A stretch of DNA of 62,776 nucleotides, filler included, from Perkinsus olseni (lineage: Eukaryota), in assembly GCA_013115125.1 (NCBI GenBank). It is 32 parts of 32 records of this genome, joined end to end, with 100 filler letters (N's around TTAATTAATTAA, not from the genome) between each part and the next. Parts side by side here need not be neighbours in the genome. Positions count along the whole stretch, not along the records: positions 1 to 1,920 come from JABANN010001696.1; positions 2,021 to 3,940 come from JABANN010001697.1; positions 4,041 to 5,959 come from JABANN010001698.1; positions 6,060 to 7,966 come from JABANN010001699.1; positions 8,067 to 9,972 come from JABANN010001700.1; positions 10,073 to 11,976 come from JABANN010001701.1; positions 12,077 to 13,979 come from JABANN010001702.1; 25 more parts are not named here. One strand, 5' to 3'. Of the stretch, positions 1 to 12,452 are shown in pieces. Made by a program: the position numbers and the translations under genes. Within the stretch, counting starts at the first letter, position 1; each line of letters begins with the position of its first letter. Under the pieces are notes generated by a model. The model did not search any database and was not told the DNA's origin. It was given only the letters and a program-made list of their open reading frames with translations.

Positions 1-1920
1 GCTGGAGCACCGGCTAGAGTTCGTGAGCGTTGTGAGATCTGTGGCTCCCTCGAGCACGAGCGGGACAAGTGTCGATTCACTCTTAAAAACCCATGTCGCC
101 GCTGTGGCGAGGAGGGTCATAGTGAGTTCGTGTGCCCATCTCGCAGTTGTAAAGGTGCGGCTCAGGTGCAGACCACTCAAAAGGACTCCGCTTCTGAAGC
201 TTCGTCGAGTTCTGGTTCCCCTGTTACTGCTGGTGCTATGGTTTTGAGACTTCATAGTTCAACTGTGACTAGAGCTTCCGAGCAGACGTGTCCGTTGAAA
301 TCGATGGATACCCCCGTTGACATTAAGGAGCGTTTAAGTGCTCTTCCGCAACGTCCTCCTGTTGGATCGGTCCCTCCGTTACTTGTTGATTTGATACTCT
401 ATGGTACGAAGGTCGGTTATCCTGTTCGTGCATTGCTGGACCCTGGTGCTGATGTTGACCTTATTAATCATTCATTTGCGCTGCGATTGCAGACGCTTCC
501 ATTGAAGCGAGCTACTTATGATGCTAAGATAATGTTGGGTGACAACAGTAGTGCTATGGCTCTAATGTTTGGGTCTACAATTGCCGCCTCATCGACCCAG
601 CAGTTTACAGTCTCCTATTGGACTGTGCCCGACCTCCCCTATGACTATATTATTGGTCGTGAGTCAATGCTGAATCTCTCTGCTAGTGATATAGTCCCCT
701 CTTCTCGATGCACGGAGAAGAAATTGGTTTCCTTACTCCATATGTTCACTGCGTCTAAGAAGGTTGAAGACTATGTAACGTCCCTTGTTCCCAGTGAAGA
801 TTGTGGAGGGCCTTCGAATGCCCTGAAGACGCCCGATACTTCTCTGAAGCCTCCGCTTTGGATGGATCTCAAGCCAGAATGGGAGCTTTTAGATGTTGTT
901 GCTTGTGAAAAGGAGATGGCCCTGTACTATGTTCGGAACGGTGACACTCGGTTCTATGCTTTTGACGTCTCCCCTGCTTATGTTGAGAGAGTCAAACTTG
1001 GTAACTACCGTAAAGAAGTCCGTTCCCACAGGAAGTTTAATCTCGCGTCTGACACTGTCAGAAAGGAAGCTATCAATCTACTGCGAGATATGGTCCGGGT
1101 GGGTAAACTTGCACCTGTTTCAGCTGCTCCCTCTTCACCAAGCAGTGATGTGCGTCTTCTCCCGGAAGGTCTTGTTAGCTGTACCAATACTTACCCTGTT
1201 GGTGGTGAAAATGGTAAACGAGTGAGACCTATATTTCCCTTCTTGGCGCTGAACCGTCGTACTGACTGCAAGTCTATCAAATTCCACCAGTCAGAGCTGC
1301 GAGAGCTGCTTGTGAGCAGCAGGTTCTATGGCATTTGTGTATATGTTGATATCACCGATGCGTTTATGACCATTCGTTGCTCTTCGAGAGCATCATCATG
1401 CCTTGGTCTGTTTTGCCCTGAGATTGGTGAAGATTTGGATGGTGATCTTCCAGGCTGGTTTCAGTTCGACCGTACTCCGTACGGTTACTCCCCGTCACCA
1501 TGGGCCTTAGAACAGTCCGTCCAGCACTCGGTAAAGGAAAAAGGTCGTGGTTCTCGCCTGGCTCTTCCGTGTACTGATATCAAGGCCAACATCACTGAGG
1601 GGCTTTCGGAAACCCCCCGTGTAAAGAACTATATGGATGACTGCCACCTCATGTATGGTAAAAGTGTCGTCGTCCTTCCCGCTAACATCTCGGAGATTAA
1701 TGTTGCTTTGGTGAATTACGTAAGAAGATCCCTCGCCTGTGCTGACATGCACTTGAAGGATGTCAAAACTGTTGCTCTCTCTGACGGAAATGTGAGTAGT
1801 AATGGCGTTTTTTATGCTACGCCGTACGTCATAAGCTGGCCCCCATCAAGGTGGCAAGCTGTCGTTGATAGTGTCGTTCCAGATGACATCACCTTTCGGC
1901 AGGCCCTTTCTTTTCTGGGT
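1..1920 (+). mobile_element. LTR retrotransposon Gag(C-term)-protease-RT polyprotein, partial at both ends
   Basis: Frame 1 is open from base 1: CEICGSLEHERDKC and CRRCGEEGHSEFVC CCHC knuckles, protease motif ALLDPGA, RT motifs YVDITDAF, PYGYSPSP, NYMDD. Confidence 0.9.
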
Positions 1921-2020
1921 NNNNNNNNNNNNNNNNNNNNNNNNNNNNNNNNNNNNNNNNNNNNTTAATTAATTAANNNNNNNNNNNNNNNNNNNNNNNN
2001 NNNNNNNNNNNNNNNNNNNN
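1921..2020. other. Artificial contig linker (N44-TTAATTAATTAA-N44), repeated about every 2 kb through the window
   Basis: The identical 100-nt spacer, with stops in all six frames, recurs between all segments; segment lengths decrease steadily from ~1920 to ~1810 nt. Confidence 0.98.
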
Positions 2021-3940
2021 CCCAGGCTCGCTGATGTGTCGCTTGCGCGACAGTTTATGGTTTTTGGCAAACCCGGCGCCTTACCACCTAGCGAAACCCT
2101 ATTCAAGTTCATCGGCAGGCTGGAGACCCTAGCTGATGAACTGGTCTATCTACGGGCTGGGCCTCGGCAATCTACGCTGAAAAGACGACTCTATGATGGA
2201 CTCACCTCTAACCATCTTAAGGAGAAGGTTGAGATCGAAGTGGGCGATCACAGAGTCTCCTATGAAGAGTTCGTCGAACTACTGTCGGACTATGACCGCA
2301 GACGTCTAGGACGACAACGCAGAGCAACTACGGCCTCGGGTACCATCGAAGGACCTCAGCTACGCAGAGACAAACCTGTCTCTAGCTCGCGCCCTAAGGG
2401 ACGCGTTCACACCATCGAGTGTGATAGCGAGGACTCTGACATCGATGACTACAGCAACTACTGCTACGCAGTTGGGGCTGATCTGGTATCCATCAAGTGC
2501 TATCGCTGTTTGGAGAGTGGCCACCCTGCGCGTCTATGCACCGCCCCTAATGTCGCCCAGGTGGACTCTCGTTGCTCTAAGTGTGGTAACCCTAACCACG
2601 ATCAATCTACCTGCGAGGTGCCGAGCCAGAGCCTGAAATGCTTACGCTGCCAGCAGAAGGGACATCTAGCCTATGTCTGCAAAGCTAAGAAACCTACTGG
2701 TGGACAGCCTAAGAAGGGGAGTTCTAAGTCTAAGACCAACAACAAGTCGGCTGAGAATAAGGGTTCTAAGCCGGGCACTAAGGATGAATCTACTACTAAG
2801 GTTAATCCTCCTAAGACTCCCCCGTCTAATTCCGAAGTTGTGACCTCGGTTGGTAATGCACATGCCATCCAGGAGGCTTCGAGCGATCTATGTATTGTCC
2901 CCGTCACCTCCGACGACGTGGATATCAACTTCCATGCTCTGACACCGGACACTTCATCTAGCTCTAGGCAGAGTTCCAAGCGAGCTACTATGGTGGTCGG
3001 AGATCTATGTGTTTATGGGACTACTAGACCTGTGCTCTTTGACACGGGAGCTGACGTCAGCCTTATAGCTCTATCTACACTTCGGAAGCTAGCCCCCGAC
3101 AAGAAGATACGTCTACCTACCAACTCACCCATTGGGAGAGTCAATGTTGCCAACGGTGGACAACTAAACATCTTGGGCAAGGTCAATCTACCAGTGGGGT
3201 CTGGTAACTATAAGGTAACTGACACCTTTCTATTGGCCTCCGATCATCTAAGCACACCTATCATCATAGGATGCTCTACGATGGCGAAGCTCAACGCTGT
3301 TATCTCCTTCTTGCCTGGCGGGTCTGTACGTGTCACTATTGGCAACAAACTAGCTCCAGATCTACGGGTTGAGCCGTGTGAATCTCTCATGTCCCCCCGA
3401 TCTACGGCGCACGTTCGCAAGGTTGGTGTTACGTGCCTTAGCGAGAGTGCACCATCTAAAACGTGCTGTCGACAACCAGCACCAAAGGGGGCGATCTATG
3501 ATGCGACTTGGTCAGAGGATCCTACCGGAAGCCTCCGAGCCTATAAGTCGCTGAACCCCAACTGCGGAATCTACCCGGAGATCTGCGACGGTGATCTATA
3601 TGACCCATCGACCCCTTACGACGAGCTGGGTGACCCTGCTGGTCCCACCAGCGTCCCTACTATCGTTCGAGATGATCTACCTCCCCAGCGTGCGATCGAA
3701 AGGGAATGGGTCGAGGATGAGCTAGCCCCAATGGGGAGAGCTAGGCCTCAAGTTCCGTGGAAACATCCCACATCCAGGCCTCGCTACAACTACCACATGG
3801 CTGCCAAGAGAGGGTTAGCATCTATCAAGGCTATCACTGGCGAACGCATGGAGATGTTCCATCGAGCCCTTGGTGGTAAGGCGCCGGGTTTGCCAAAAAC
3901 CATAAACTGTCGCGCAAGCGACACATCAGCGAGCCTGGGC
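2021..3940 (+). mobile_element. LTR retrotransposon Gag-protease polyprotein (BEL/Pao-like), partial
   Basis: Three CX2CX4HX4C knuckles (CYRCLESGHPARLC, CSKCGNPNHDQSTC, CLRCQQKGHLAYVC), protease VLFDTGA, and VPWK...NYHMAAKR resembling the BEL/Pao pre-RT motif. Confidence 0.85.
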
Positions 3941-6339
3941 NNNNNNNNNNNNNNNNNNNNNNNNNNNNNNNNNNNNNNNNNNNNTTAATTAATTAANNNN
4001 NNNNNNNNNNNNNNNNNNNNNNNNNNNNNNNNNNNNNNNNCCCCAATACTGTACGACGGATTGAGATATTCAGACGCCCTCGCCAATACTGTACGACTGA
4101 ACGATTCGAACTCTTCTTGCGTGAAGTTCCCTCTAAGAATCAGATATTTACACTTTTCTGTCCCACCACACAATGACAACGCATGATATTCCTGCGAAAG
4201 GAGACTCCTCTGAGGTCCTCAGACTGAGGAGTTCAGAGCTCACTCATCCGATAAGTCTTATCGCGATCGATGGAAAGGGCACGATCCGTGCCGCATGGAG
4301 ATCCCCGACGGGGAAGTTCCGTCTTCCCTGTCTTCCGGAGCGCAAGTTGCGGTCATGGCCCAGGAGAGCAGCTCAGCCGGCCTCGCAGTGGTAGTGAGGG
4401 TGGCGGGGCGTATCATACGCCCCGTATGTGATGGCTTTTCCCTTAAGCATAATACAGGCATTCGTTGTTCAGTTGACGCTTCGTTTGTCTGAGCCACCCT
4501 CTTCCTTGGATTTCCTGCGGACCACTTCGACTTCCGGCTTCCTGTCGTCAGATGACGACGCGTCAGATTGCGTCAGATTGTCGTCAGATTGCGCGACGCG
4601 GCTTCCTGTCACAGCGTGATTTCCATTGCGTCAGATGGATGACAATCAAGACGCCGCACACGAAGAATGACAGCAACACTCTGCATGCTGGGGTGGACTG
4701 GCGAACCAAGGAGCGGGGGGACGGCTGAGGACTTGCTCCTTATCCAGAACTTAGAGAGGTGATAGCGTGTGCCGTGCATTGGGTATTATGAAAGTGTGCA
4801 TTGAAAGCTCTGATTAATCACGTCTCCGAGAATTTCGCGCTTTTGTGCCCCTGTGACTGATGACGTGTGCGGCGTATGAAAAGAAAGCGCTGCTGCGCTT
4901 TTCTAGATGATGGCCTGCCGTACTTGAGCAGCGAATGACGGGTGTCTTTTGTCTCAGAGTTAGTCCAAGTCCGAGTTCCTCGGCATCTACTGCTAGCTCG
5001 ACTACCGGCTCTGATATCAATGCTGGTGGTAGTGGTCGCGGCGTAGGCGACTACCGCCCTGTGTAGACGGGCCACACCGCGAGGAGACTGACTCTCGCCA
5101 GCAAGGCAGTCCAGTGGACGGGAGAACAGCAGCCGCAGTCGTGGACGGAGATGGCGGTCGCGGCAGGCGTCATGTAGCGCGGGGAAGTTTAGAGGGACTT
5201 TATCGACTTTCATTATCACGTCCTCATCGTTCGTTCCGCTCTCGTGCTTGCATTTGTTCGTGACGTCACTGCCGTCCCTGGGATACGTTAGACTATAAGG
5301 ATCACTCACTGACTGAAAAGTTCTACTTAAATGCTCATTGAGCATTCAAGTTGGATACTGTAAGCCTTTAACTAGAACTAGTAGTAACTGGAGCGCGCGA
5401 CAGGGAACACCCCTCGAGACCAAATTTGTGAATGCAGGAGATTGAGTAAACACTTGAAATTCTATGATTGTTACTACTTTTCAGTCGGTCAGTAAGTACT
5501 TTCATACATAAAGGGGCGCGCGTCCAAATGCGCGAATAAGGGGAAATTTGTGGCATTGCGCACATTGCGCCTTATGCGCTATATTCATAACAGGCTGTTA
5601 TTAACAGCCTTCCGAACGCGCCTACATATACCACCACGATCCTCCTTCTAAAGAAGGAAGATTGTTAAATTAACTGTTAAATTAACCAACCTCAACCATT
5701 AAAAGGTTTCCTCCAAGTTGAAGGAAGGCTTCAACTCTGCGTCAGGCAGAGTTGAAGGCAGACTGCCTGTATCCACTCTGCGGCAGAGTGACAGAGTCTC
5801 TGCCAGTATACTATTATAGTATTCACCTAGCCGAAATCTCGGACGCGCCTGTAGCTCGACCGCGTCCCGGCGGCGCGCCCGGCCGTCGCAAAATTACGTT
5901 ACGGACCGTTACGGCTGACTTTTACGGTAACGCTTCAAGGCCCGTAACGTAAAGTTACGNNNNNNNNNNNNNNNNNNNNNNNNNNNNNNNNNNNNNNNNN
6001 NNNTTAATTAATTAANNNNNNNNNNNNNNNNNNNNNNNNNNNNNNNNNNNNNNNNNNNNCAACAACACCTGGGATGGACATAGGATTGAGTATAATGGGA
6101 ATTAAAGCTTCTTCTTCTATCCATTTCAGCCGGTGGGCTGCAACCGTTTCATGCAGCGAATATTGGGCGAGCGAGATTCGTGCGTGCGCGCGCGAACACG
6201 CCCTCCCCAGATAGCTATAGTAATGACGGACGGATTCACTCTAGTAGCAGTTAGCAGAAATGAACGCATGGAGTTGTTGTTGACTCCGTATGGATCCTAG
6301 AATTACTGTAGATGACGAAAACACCAAATAGTCTCGACG

Positions 6340-6926
6340 GAAGTTGAACCAGCTCAAGCCGTTGTGGACATTGTCAAAGACGTAGGTGAGATTGAAGTCG
6401 TGGAGTCGACTGTTGACTCGATAGGACTTGTGGAGGTTGAATCACCTGATAGCTTTGAGAGAGTTGACCAAACGATCGTTGTGGTTGATGTCGAAGATGA
6501 AGGTGTGTAGAGTTGAGAAGTATGCAGTGAGGCTTGTAGTGACACCGATGTGCTTGAGGGTCAGGTCACAGTAATGCCGACATCGTTGTTAAAAAGGGTT
6601 GTTGAGTGCGAAGCCGAGAGGATCGAAGTGGTCCTTGGGGAATAGTGGTAGACTCGGAATAGAGCTAGCAGTAGGGGTAATCTGCCGGTGTTGCGCTGAT
6701 ACCGAGAGTGGGTAGTAGTGTGACAGGGATAGTCATAGTTGGTTCCTGATGCTGATGGAATGGCCGAATAGAAGGTGTGGTAGCAGTACTAGTGAATATA
6801 GAATCACCGAGTAGCTTCGACAGTGTTGAACCAGCTTTAGCCGTTGTGGTTATTGTCAAAGGCGTGGGTGAAGTTCAAGTCGTGGAGTCGATTGTTGACT
6901 CGATAGGACTTGTAGAATGAATCACC
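6340..6926 (-). pseudogene. Degenerate Ser/Thr-rich repetitive coding relic with a diverged direct duplication (~6345-6446 and ~6826-6926)
   Basis: Two near-identical blocks (gtcgtggagtcgaYtgttgactcgataggacttgt) about 485 bp apart; short S/T-rich ORFs broken by frameshifts. Confidence 0.45.
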
Positions 6927-6927
6927 A

Positions 6928-7966
6928 GGGGCCTATTCAAGTGATTCTCGTTTCCGGGTTGCGAGTCCGAGGGAAATTTACCGGGTCCCGAGTCCGAGGA
7001 GTACTTGTCCGAGACATCATCCATTCAAGTGCTCGGGTTGATTTTACGAGTATATTCTCCGATTACCGGGTACGGGTCACAATTCCAACTGTTCAAGTCC
7101 TCCTCTGCATAAATTTTCCGAACTCGGTGACAAACCTCTCACTCGGGAAAATAGAAAGTTGCGCGTTTCGTGGATACGTTTCGTAGAATCAACACAAAGG
7201 TGCAGAATCTGCATGACAACGAAACATCGATCATGAATATGATGATTGAGACAGATAGACTACTCAGAATCTGCTTGAAAACTACTCTCAGACGACGATT
7301 CAACAAGATCATCATCAACCACATCTTCCTGTTCCACAGCGTGGACGATGAGCAAGTTCCTGAGAGCGGCGAGGCACGAATCACTTTGGCTGTCAGCTGC
7401 ATCGTGTCATCAGCGGTATGACGAGATCCTCTAACTCTTAGGTCCTTCAGACAACGGAATTGGGTTTTGAGAACACCGATACAACGCTCAATGACAACCC
7501 TCCCTCTTCTATGTCGTTCGTTAAACTGAATCTCATCGGCGGTAAGAACCCGTCCACCGGCCGACGACACCGACGTCTGGAGGTAAGGGGTTGCCCTATA
7601 GCCACTATCACCTAGGAGCACCACGTCCAAGCCATCAGGGCGCCACCCATCCTCGAGTCTGGCCGACAACGACGAGTTCCTGAAGACCCGGCTATCGTGG
7701 ACTTTGCCGCCCCATCTAGCAGACAAAGCACATATACGCATAGCACTTGTGCATACAATCATACAGTTGATAGAATGCTCGTGATGGCGATTCACATAAC
7801 TCTCCTCAACTTCATGAGGTGGGTGAACCTTAATGTGACTCACATTATGTGAGTACCATCAACAGCCGCCCACACATTCATCATGCCACTAGCGGTATTG
7901 AGGATTGATGCGCACTGACTGCCAAGTTCTGCCTTGTATATGCGTGCAGTGTGGTATGCGCATGCG
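6928..7966 (-). mobile_element. PIF/Harbinger DNA transposon 3' part with frameshifted HARBI1-type DDE transposase
   Basis: Motifs AAVDGTHI, HSINCMIVC, WGGKVHDSRVF, LLGDSGY, FNERHRRGRVVIERCIGVLK. Frameshifts at ~7840 and ~7372. A candidate terminus GGGGCCTATTC at ~6928 is less certain. Confidence 0.88.
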
Positions 7967-9563
7967 NNNNNNNNNNNNNNNNNNNNNNNNNNNNNNNNNN
8001 NNNNNNNNNNTTAATTAATTAANNNNNNNNNNNNNNNNNNNNNNNNNNNNNNNNNNNNNNNNNNNNGTTGAGAGGAGGAATTGGACTCTTCTCGAAGTGC
8101 CGGTTATGAGACACATGCCGAGTAAGCGTGATGTAGAAAAGTTTCTGAAACCGTTTCTCATGTGATGTTGACGTGCTGTTGAGTTGCTGGAGTTCGGTGC
8201 GGCTGATAACAGTAAATTATGATAATGGTGAAGTGCTAGTTGATCTGATTTTGTTACAATATCGCTCATTAAAATCAGTGGAAGTCTATTAACGGTGAAC
8301 GCCAAGTGCGCTCGCCATTTTCACATGTTCATTGAGACCCGCTCGCTTTCGGCTCGATTGAGCAGACCATTTGGCCTTGGCGTCAAGTTCTGCACATAAT
8401 GACAGAGTGGTCACGAGAATTTCTAATACCCTTTGGACCGGGCTTGTATTGACATGCCTTTCGCGAGCCGCTCGTGGAAGGCATGTCGATAGACGCCGGC
8501 GCACCCCGCGCGCGAATCGTCCGTCTCGGGAGTTCAGCGCCGCCTGCAGGATTTGAACTAGGGTGCTTCCGAAGTCAACAGCGACGCTTATCCGTTTGAC
8601 CGAAAAGGACCCCTCGTAGAGCTCATTCGTTGAGCCGTACCGTAGTTCAGCTTTTTCTTCCGTACTGAAGACTGCGGCTCGCCCCAGTGCACTTTGTGTC
8701 TGCCTGCACATTGTCGGCTTGAGGGCAGTTCAACCTTGCTTCCTTGGGCACGGGTATTTACATCACCGAGTGATTACCACTCTCGTTGAGTTGATGAGGT
8801 GTGTTGCGGAGGACAGCCCCGGGTTACCCTGGAGGCTTCCACTCAAATGGTCGCCGCCATCTTTTTGCCCACCCCCTTTTCCAACCGCGCGCGCCCCGTG
8901 GCCCCGTCCGTTGGTTGAACTTGCTCCCTTACGGGAACTCCACACATGAACTCTTCAAACTGCGTATGTCATGCGACAATCCCAGGAAAAATGCTTCCGG
9001 TCGGATGGAACTCGCGACCCTCCGCTGACCAGACTTCAGCCCTGTCCATTGCGCCAGATCTCTGATGAATGTATCTTCACTGTTCACAGGCGTCGTGAAC
9101 GATTTCTTCCGGTTCACCGGCTTCAGGATTCACTCTTATCAGGACCACCTTGCCGTGATGCGATCTACTGTACAGCTGTGAGAGGCCGCCCAACCGCTTC
9201 ACTCGAAAGATGCTCAGCGAGTGAATTCCATGCAGGTCGGTGGTTCGAGTGGACAACATGACATCCTTGAAAGCATGAGTAGACCACCACGATCCCGTGG
9301 CAGATTTCTCTGATGGTGAGACGCCAACTCAACAGCTCTACTGTGGACTCTCAAACTGAGGAATTGAGATTCATTGATAAGTTCTCGCTGACGCGTTGAG
9401 CAGCACGACCGAAACGATTCACGATGTGGTAGTTAAACGATGTATCAGTCGAAGATGTGAATTTGACATCTTCGACTGATATAGCGTTTATCTACCGTCA
9501 AGAAGACGCTGCAGCTAACAACTGCAGCTCGAAGAGTAGAAATAATCGAATTCAAAAATGAGT

Positions 9564-9972
9564 TCATTGCTGTCCTTTGGTGTAGAGGTCGTAGTACACG
9601 CCTTCTCGGGACATGAGCTCGTCATGAGAACCTTGTTCTACAAGACGACCATCGGCGATAACGAGAATGATATCGCTACGTTTGATGGTGGAGAGCCTGA
9701 GTCGAAGCGTGACTAGGAGCGAATATGCGGGGATCAGGGGAGGTCCTACCTATGAGCTATCGTGAATGTAGTCCTTCCAACCGCTGCTGTCTCGAGAGCA
9801 TCTTGTACCACTCTTTCGCTCGCGGAGTCAAGCGCCGAGGTGGCCTCATCGAGGAACATGACCTGATCAACATGCAGTCTTCAATACAATAACCCTCCCT
9901 TTCATCGAGGCCTCACCAATGGATCTCGAACCAGGGCTCTCCCTATGGCTGTCCTTTGCTTCTGGCCGCCAG
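9564..9972 (-). CDS. ABCB/MDR (P-glycoprotein-type) ABC transporter, C-terminal NBD exons; introns 9863-9916 and 9697-9749
   Basis: Spliced translation [99 protein letters not shown]; both introns are GT-AG. Confidence 0.93.
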
Positions 9973-10072
9973 NNNNNNNNNNNNNNNNNNNNNNNNNNNN
10001 NNNNNNNNNNNNNNNNTTAATTAATTAANNNNNNNNNNNNNNNNNNNNNNNNNNNNNNNNNNNNNNNNNNNN

Positions 10073-11976
10073 TCGGCCTCGGATCGTGTGGATGGAAGCC
10101 TGAGAATCTGTGAAGAGATGCCATTCTATACCTCTGTGAGCCGAATGGCTCAGCCATCGCAAGGCTCTGCGGATGGCTTCCAGCTCGCACTGGTGGATGG
10201 TGGCGAACCGCTCAAGCTTGAAGGCTTGGCGCTCCACCACTTCTCCGTCCTTGACAGCCAGGAAGGCACCGCCGGCGCTGTCGCCGAACTTGGAACCATC
10301 AGTGTAGATGGCGGGACCTCGGTAGGCCGATGCCAGCTTGATCGCATCTTCTCTTGGGTGGATGGAGGCCGGGAGGGAAGGACGCCAAGGCGGGAGGGGA
10401 TGGGACTCGCGTCGGTCCACTCGCCACAAAGGCTCCGCCGCTTCAGGCCCAAGGGCCGCTACCAGATCGCTGGAAGTACCTGTGGTGGCGCGGCACCTTC
10501 CCGCCAGCATCCTCAATTGGATACTGGCTGGGCAGATGCCCGCCAAAGCTTGACATGCCGCATGTGAGGCACTTCTTGGGGCTCTGATCGATATGCGGGC
10601 CGCTAAGCCCGATACCGAGTCCAGGGCCCTGGCCAGCTTCTCATCCTCCAGAGCTCCGACCCAGACGCTGACAGCGTGGGCCATAAATGGCACCACGGCC
10701 AACTGGTAGGTCTTCAAGATACGCCTGGTATCGAGCCCAGCCCGCTCCCAACCCAGGGCGTGTAATTGCCCTAGGCGGGAACGAGCTTGGGCAGCCTTCC
10801 TCTTGACGTGCTCCTTAAAGACCAGTCGCTGGTCGATTACCAGCCCAAGGATGGTGACGGTCTTGGCTCGGCTAATGGCCTTGCCGTCAATCATCAAAGC
10901 TGGTACCTGGAGCTTGGCAGGGGAAAGGTAGTAACACTTACTGGGGTTCAGGCTGAGCCCAGAGGCTCGCGACCAATCCGAGATCCGAGTCTCGATCTGG
11001 AGCCATCGCTCCCTGAACTCTCGGACGCCTTTGGTCGTGAGGACCAAGGTCTTATCGTCAGCATAGAAGGTCGAGGTCAGGCCAGGGATGGGCCGGAGCA
11101 GCGACGCCAAGGACAAGGTGGAGATGGCGTAGAGGAGAGGTCCTAGGATGCTTCCTTGGGGGACTCCTCTCTCCAGCGAGATGGTCGCTTGGTCGGCTCC
11201 GAACTCCAACTGGACGTGTTGTCCAGTGAGCCAGGACTTCAGTGTAGTGCAGAGATAAGGGGCAACGCCAAGGCCTGAGAGCTGTTGGACGAGAAACGAA
11301 TGCTTTACTGAATTAAAAGCATTGGATTCATCCAATGTGAGGAGGAGGGTCTGGTGACCCTTCCTCCCACAGCCAGCTCGGTAGGCATCGACGATCCTCT
11401 TCAGCGCCGTGTCGCAGCTTCGGCCTCGGCAGAAGCCATGGATCTCTGGCACTCGGAACTTCTCTCCTAGGCCGTGGATGAGTCTTTCGGCTATCACCGA
11501 CTCCAGCAGCTTCGAGGCGCACCTAAGGAGTACTATTGGGCGCCAGCCCGAGGCCTGGAAGATGTCGCGGCCAGGCTTGGCCAGGGCAATGCATTTGCCC
11601 TCCTTCCATTCGGCTGGAAACTCGCCGGACCTAAGGACATCGGTGAAGGCTGTGGCCCATTTGGCCGCCAGTTCAGGCGCCGTCTTCTTCAGGACTTCAG
11701 CGTTGACGCCGTCATTCCCAGGGGCGGAGATCTTCAGACGGCCGATGGCATCCAAGACTTCTTGTTCCGTTACGGCTGGGATGCGATCTGCGGGACCTAC
11801 ACCAACACGAACCTGGGCCATCCCCTGGGACCGCCTAGGGTCCCGAGGGAACAGCTTCTCCAATAGATGGGCTGCCTGGTTGGTGCTTGGGTCGCCATTC
11901 AGGATCGCTGCTGCTGACTTGCTCTTCGGCGGTCGGATGCACTTGGAGAAGTCTTGGAGGGACGCATAGAAGCGGT
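10073..11976 (-). mobile_element. Non-LTR retrotransposon ORF2 fragment: reverse transcriptase plus RNase H
   Basis: APGNDG, WRPIVLL, HGFCRGRSC, GVPQGSILGPLLY, YADD, then RNase H motifs IYTDGSK, QCELEAI, FTDSQAS. Confidence 0.93.
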
Positions 11977-12091
11977 NNNNNNNNNNNNNNNNNNNNNNNN
12001 NNNNNNNNNNNNNNNNNNNNTTAATTAATTAANNNNNNNNNNNNNNNNNNNNNNNNNNNNNNNNNNNNNNNNNNNNCCTCGTTCTCGTAGG

Positions 12092-12137
12092 CGTAGTAGT
12101 AGTCGTTGTTGTAGTTGTTGTAGTCGTCGTCGTCGTA

Positions 12138-12201
<64 letters not shown>

Positions 12202-12350
12202 TTGTCGTTGTCGTTGTTGTTGTTGTAGTAGTCGTGGTCGTGGTCGTGGTCGTCGTTGTCGTTGTTGTCGTTGTAGTCGTTGTTGTTGTAGTCGTGGTCG
12301 TGGTCGTCGTGGTCGTGGTCGTGGTCGTGGTCGTTGTTGTTGTTGTTGTT
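12092..12350 (-). repeat. Degenerate trinucleotide tail (ACA/ACG/ACC/ACT)n of the adjacent non-LTR element
   Basis: About 260 bp of GTT/GTC/GTA/GTG triplets starting ~100 bp downstream of the ORF2 stop on the minus strand. Confidence 0.8.
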
Positions 12351-12452
12351 GATGCTGGGCGGGTCAAGAGGCTTGTCACCGCAACGGTGTTATGCCTTAA
12401 CCGCACAGCAGTTAAATCATGATGTCAGCCAGTTGTAGGCTTCATCGCTGAA

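Noticed and set aside
1965-1976. Regularly spaced TTAATTAATTAA as a biological repeat or CRISPR-like array
   Set aside because: Always centred in N runs; it is a scaffolding linker, and ORFs ending in X...LIN are artefacts.
12029-12422. Poly-Thr and poly-Val ORFs
   Set aside because: Translations of the trinucleotide tail, not genes.
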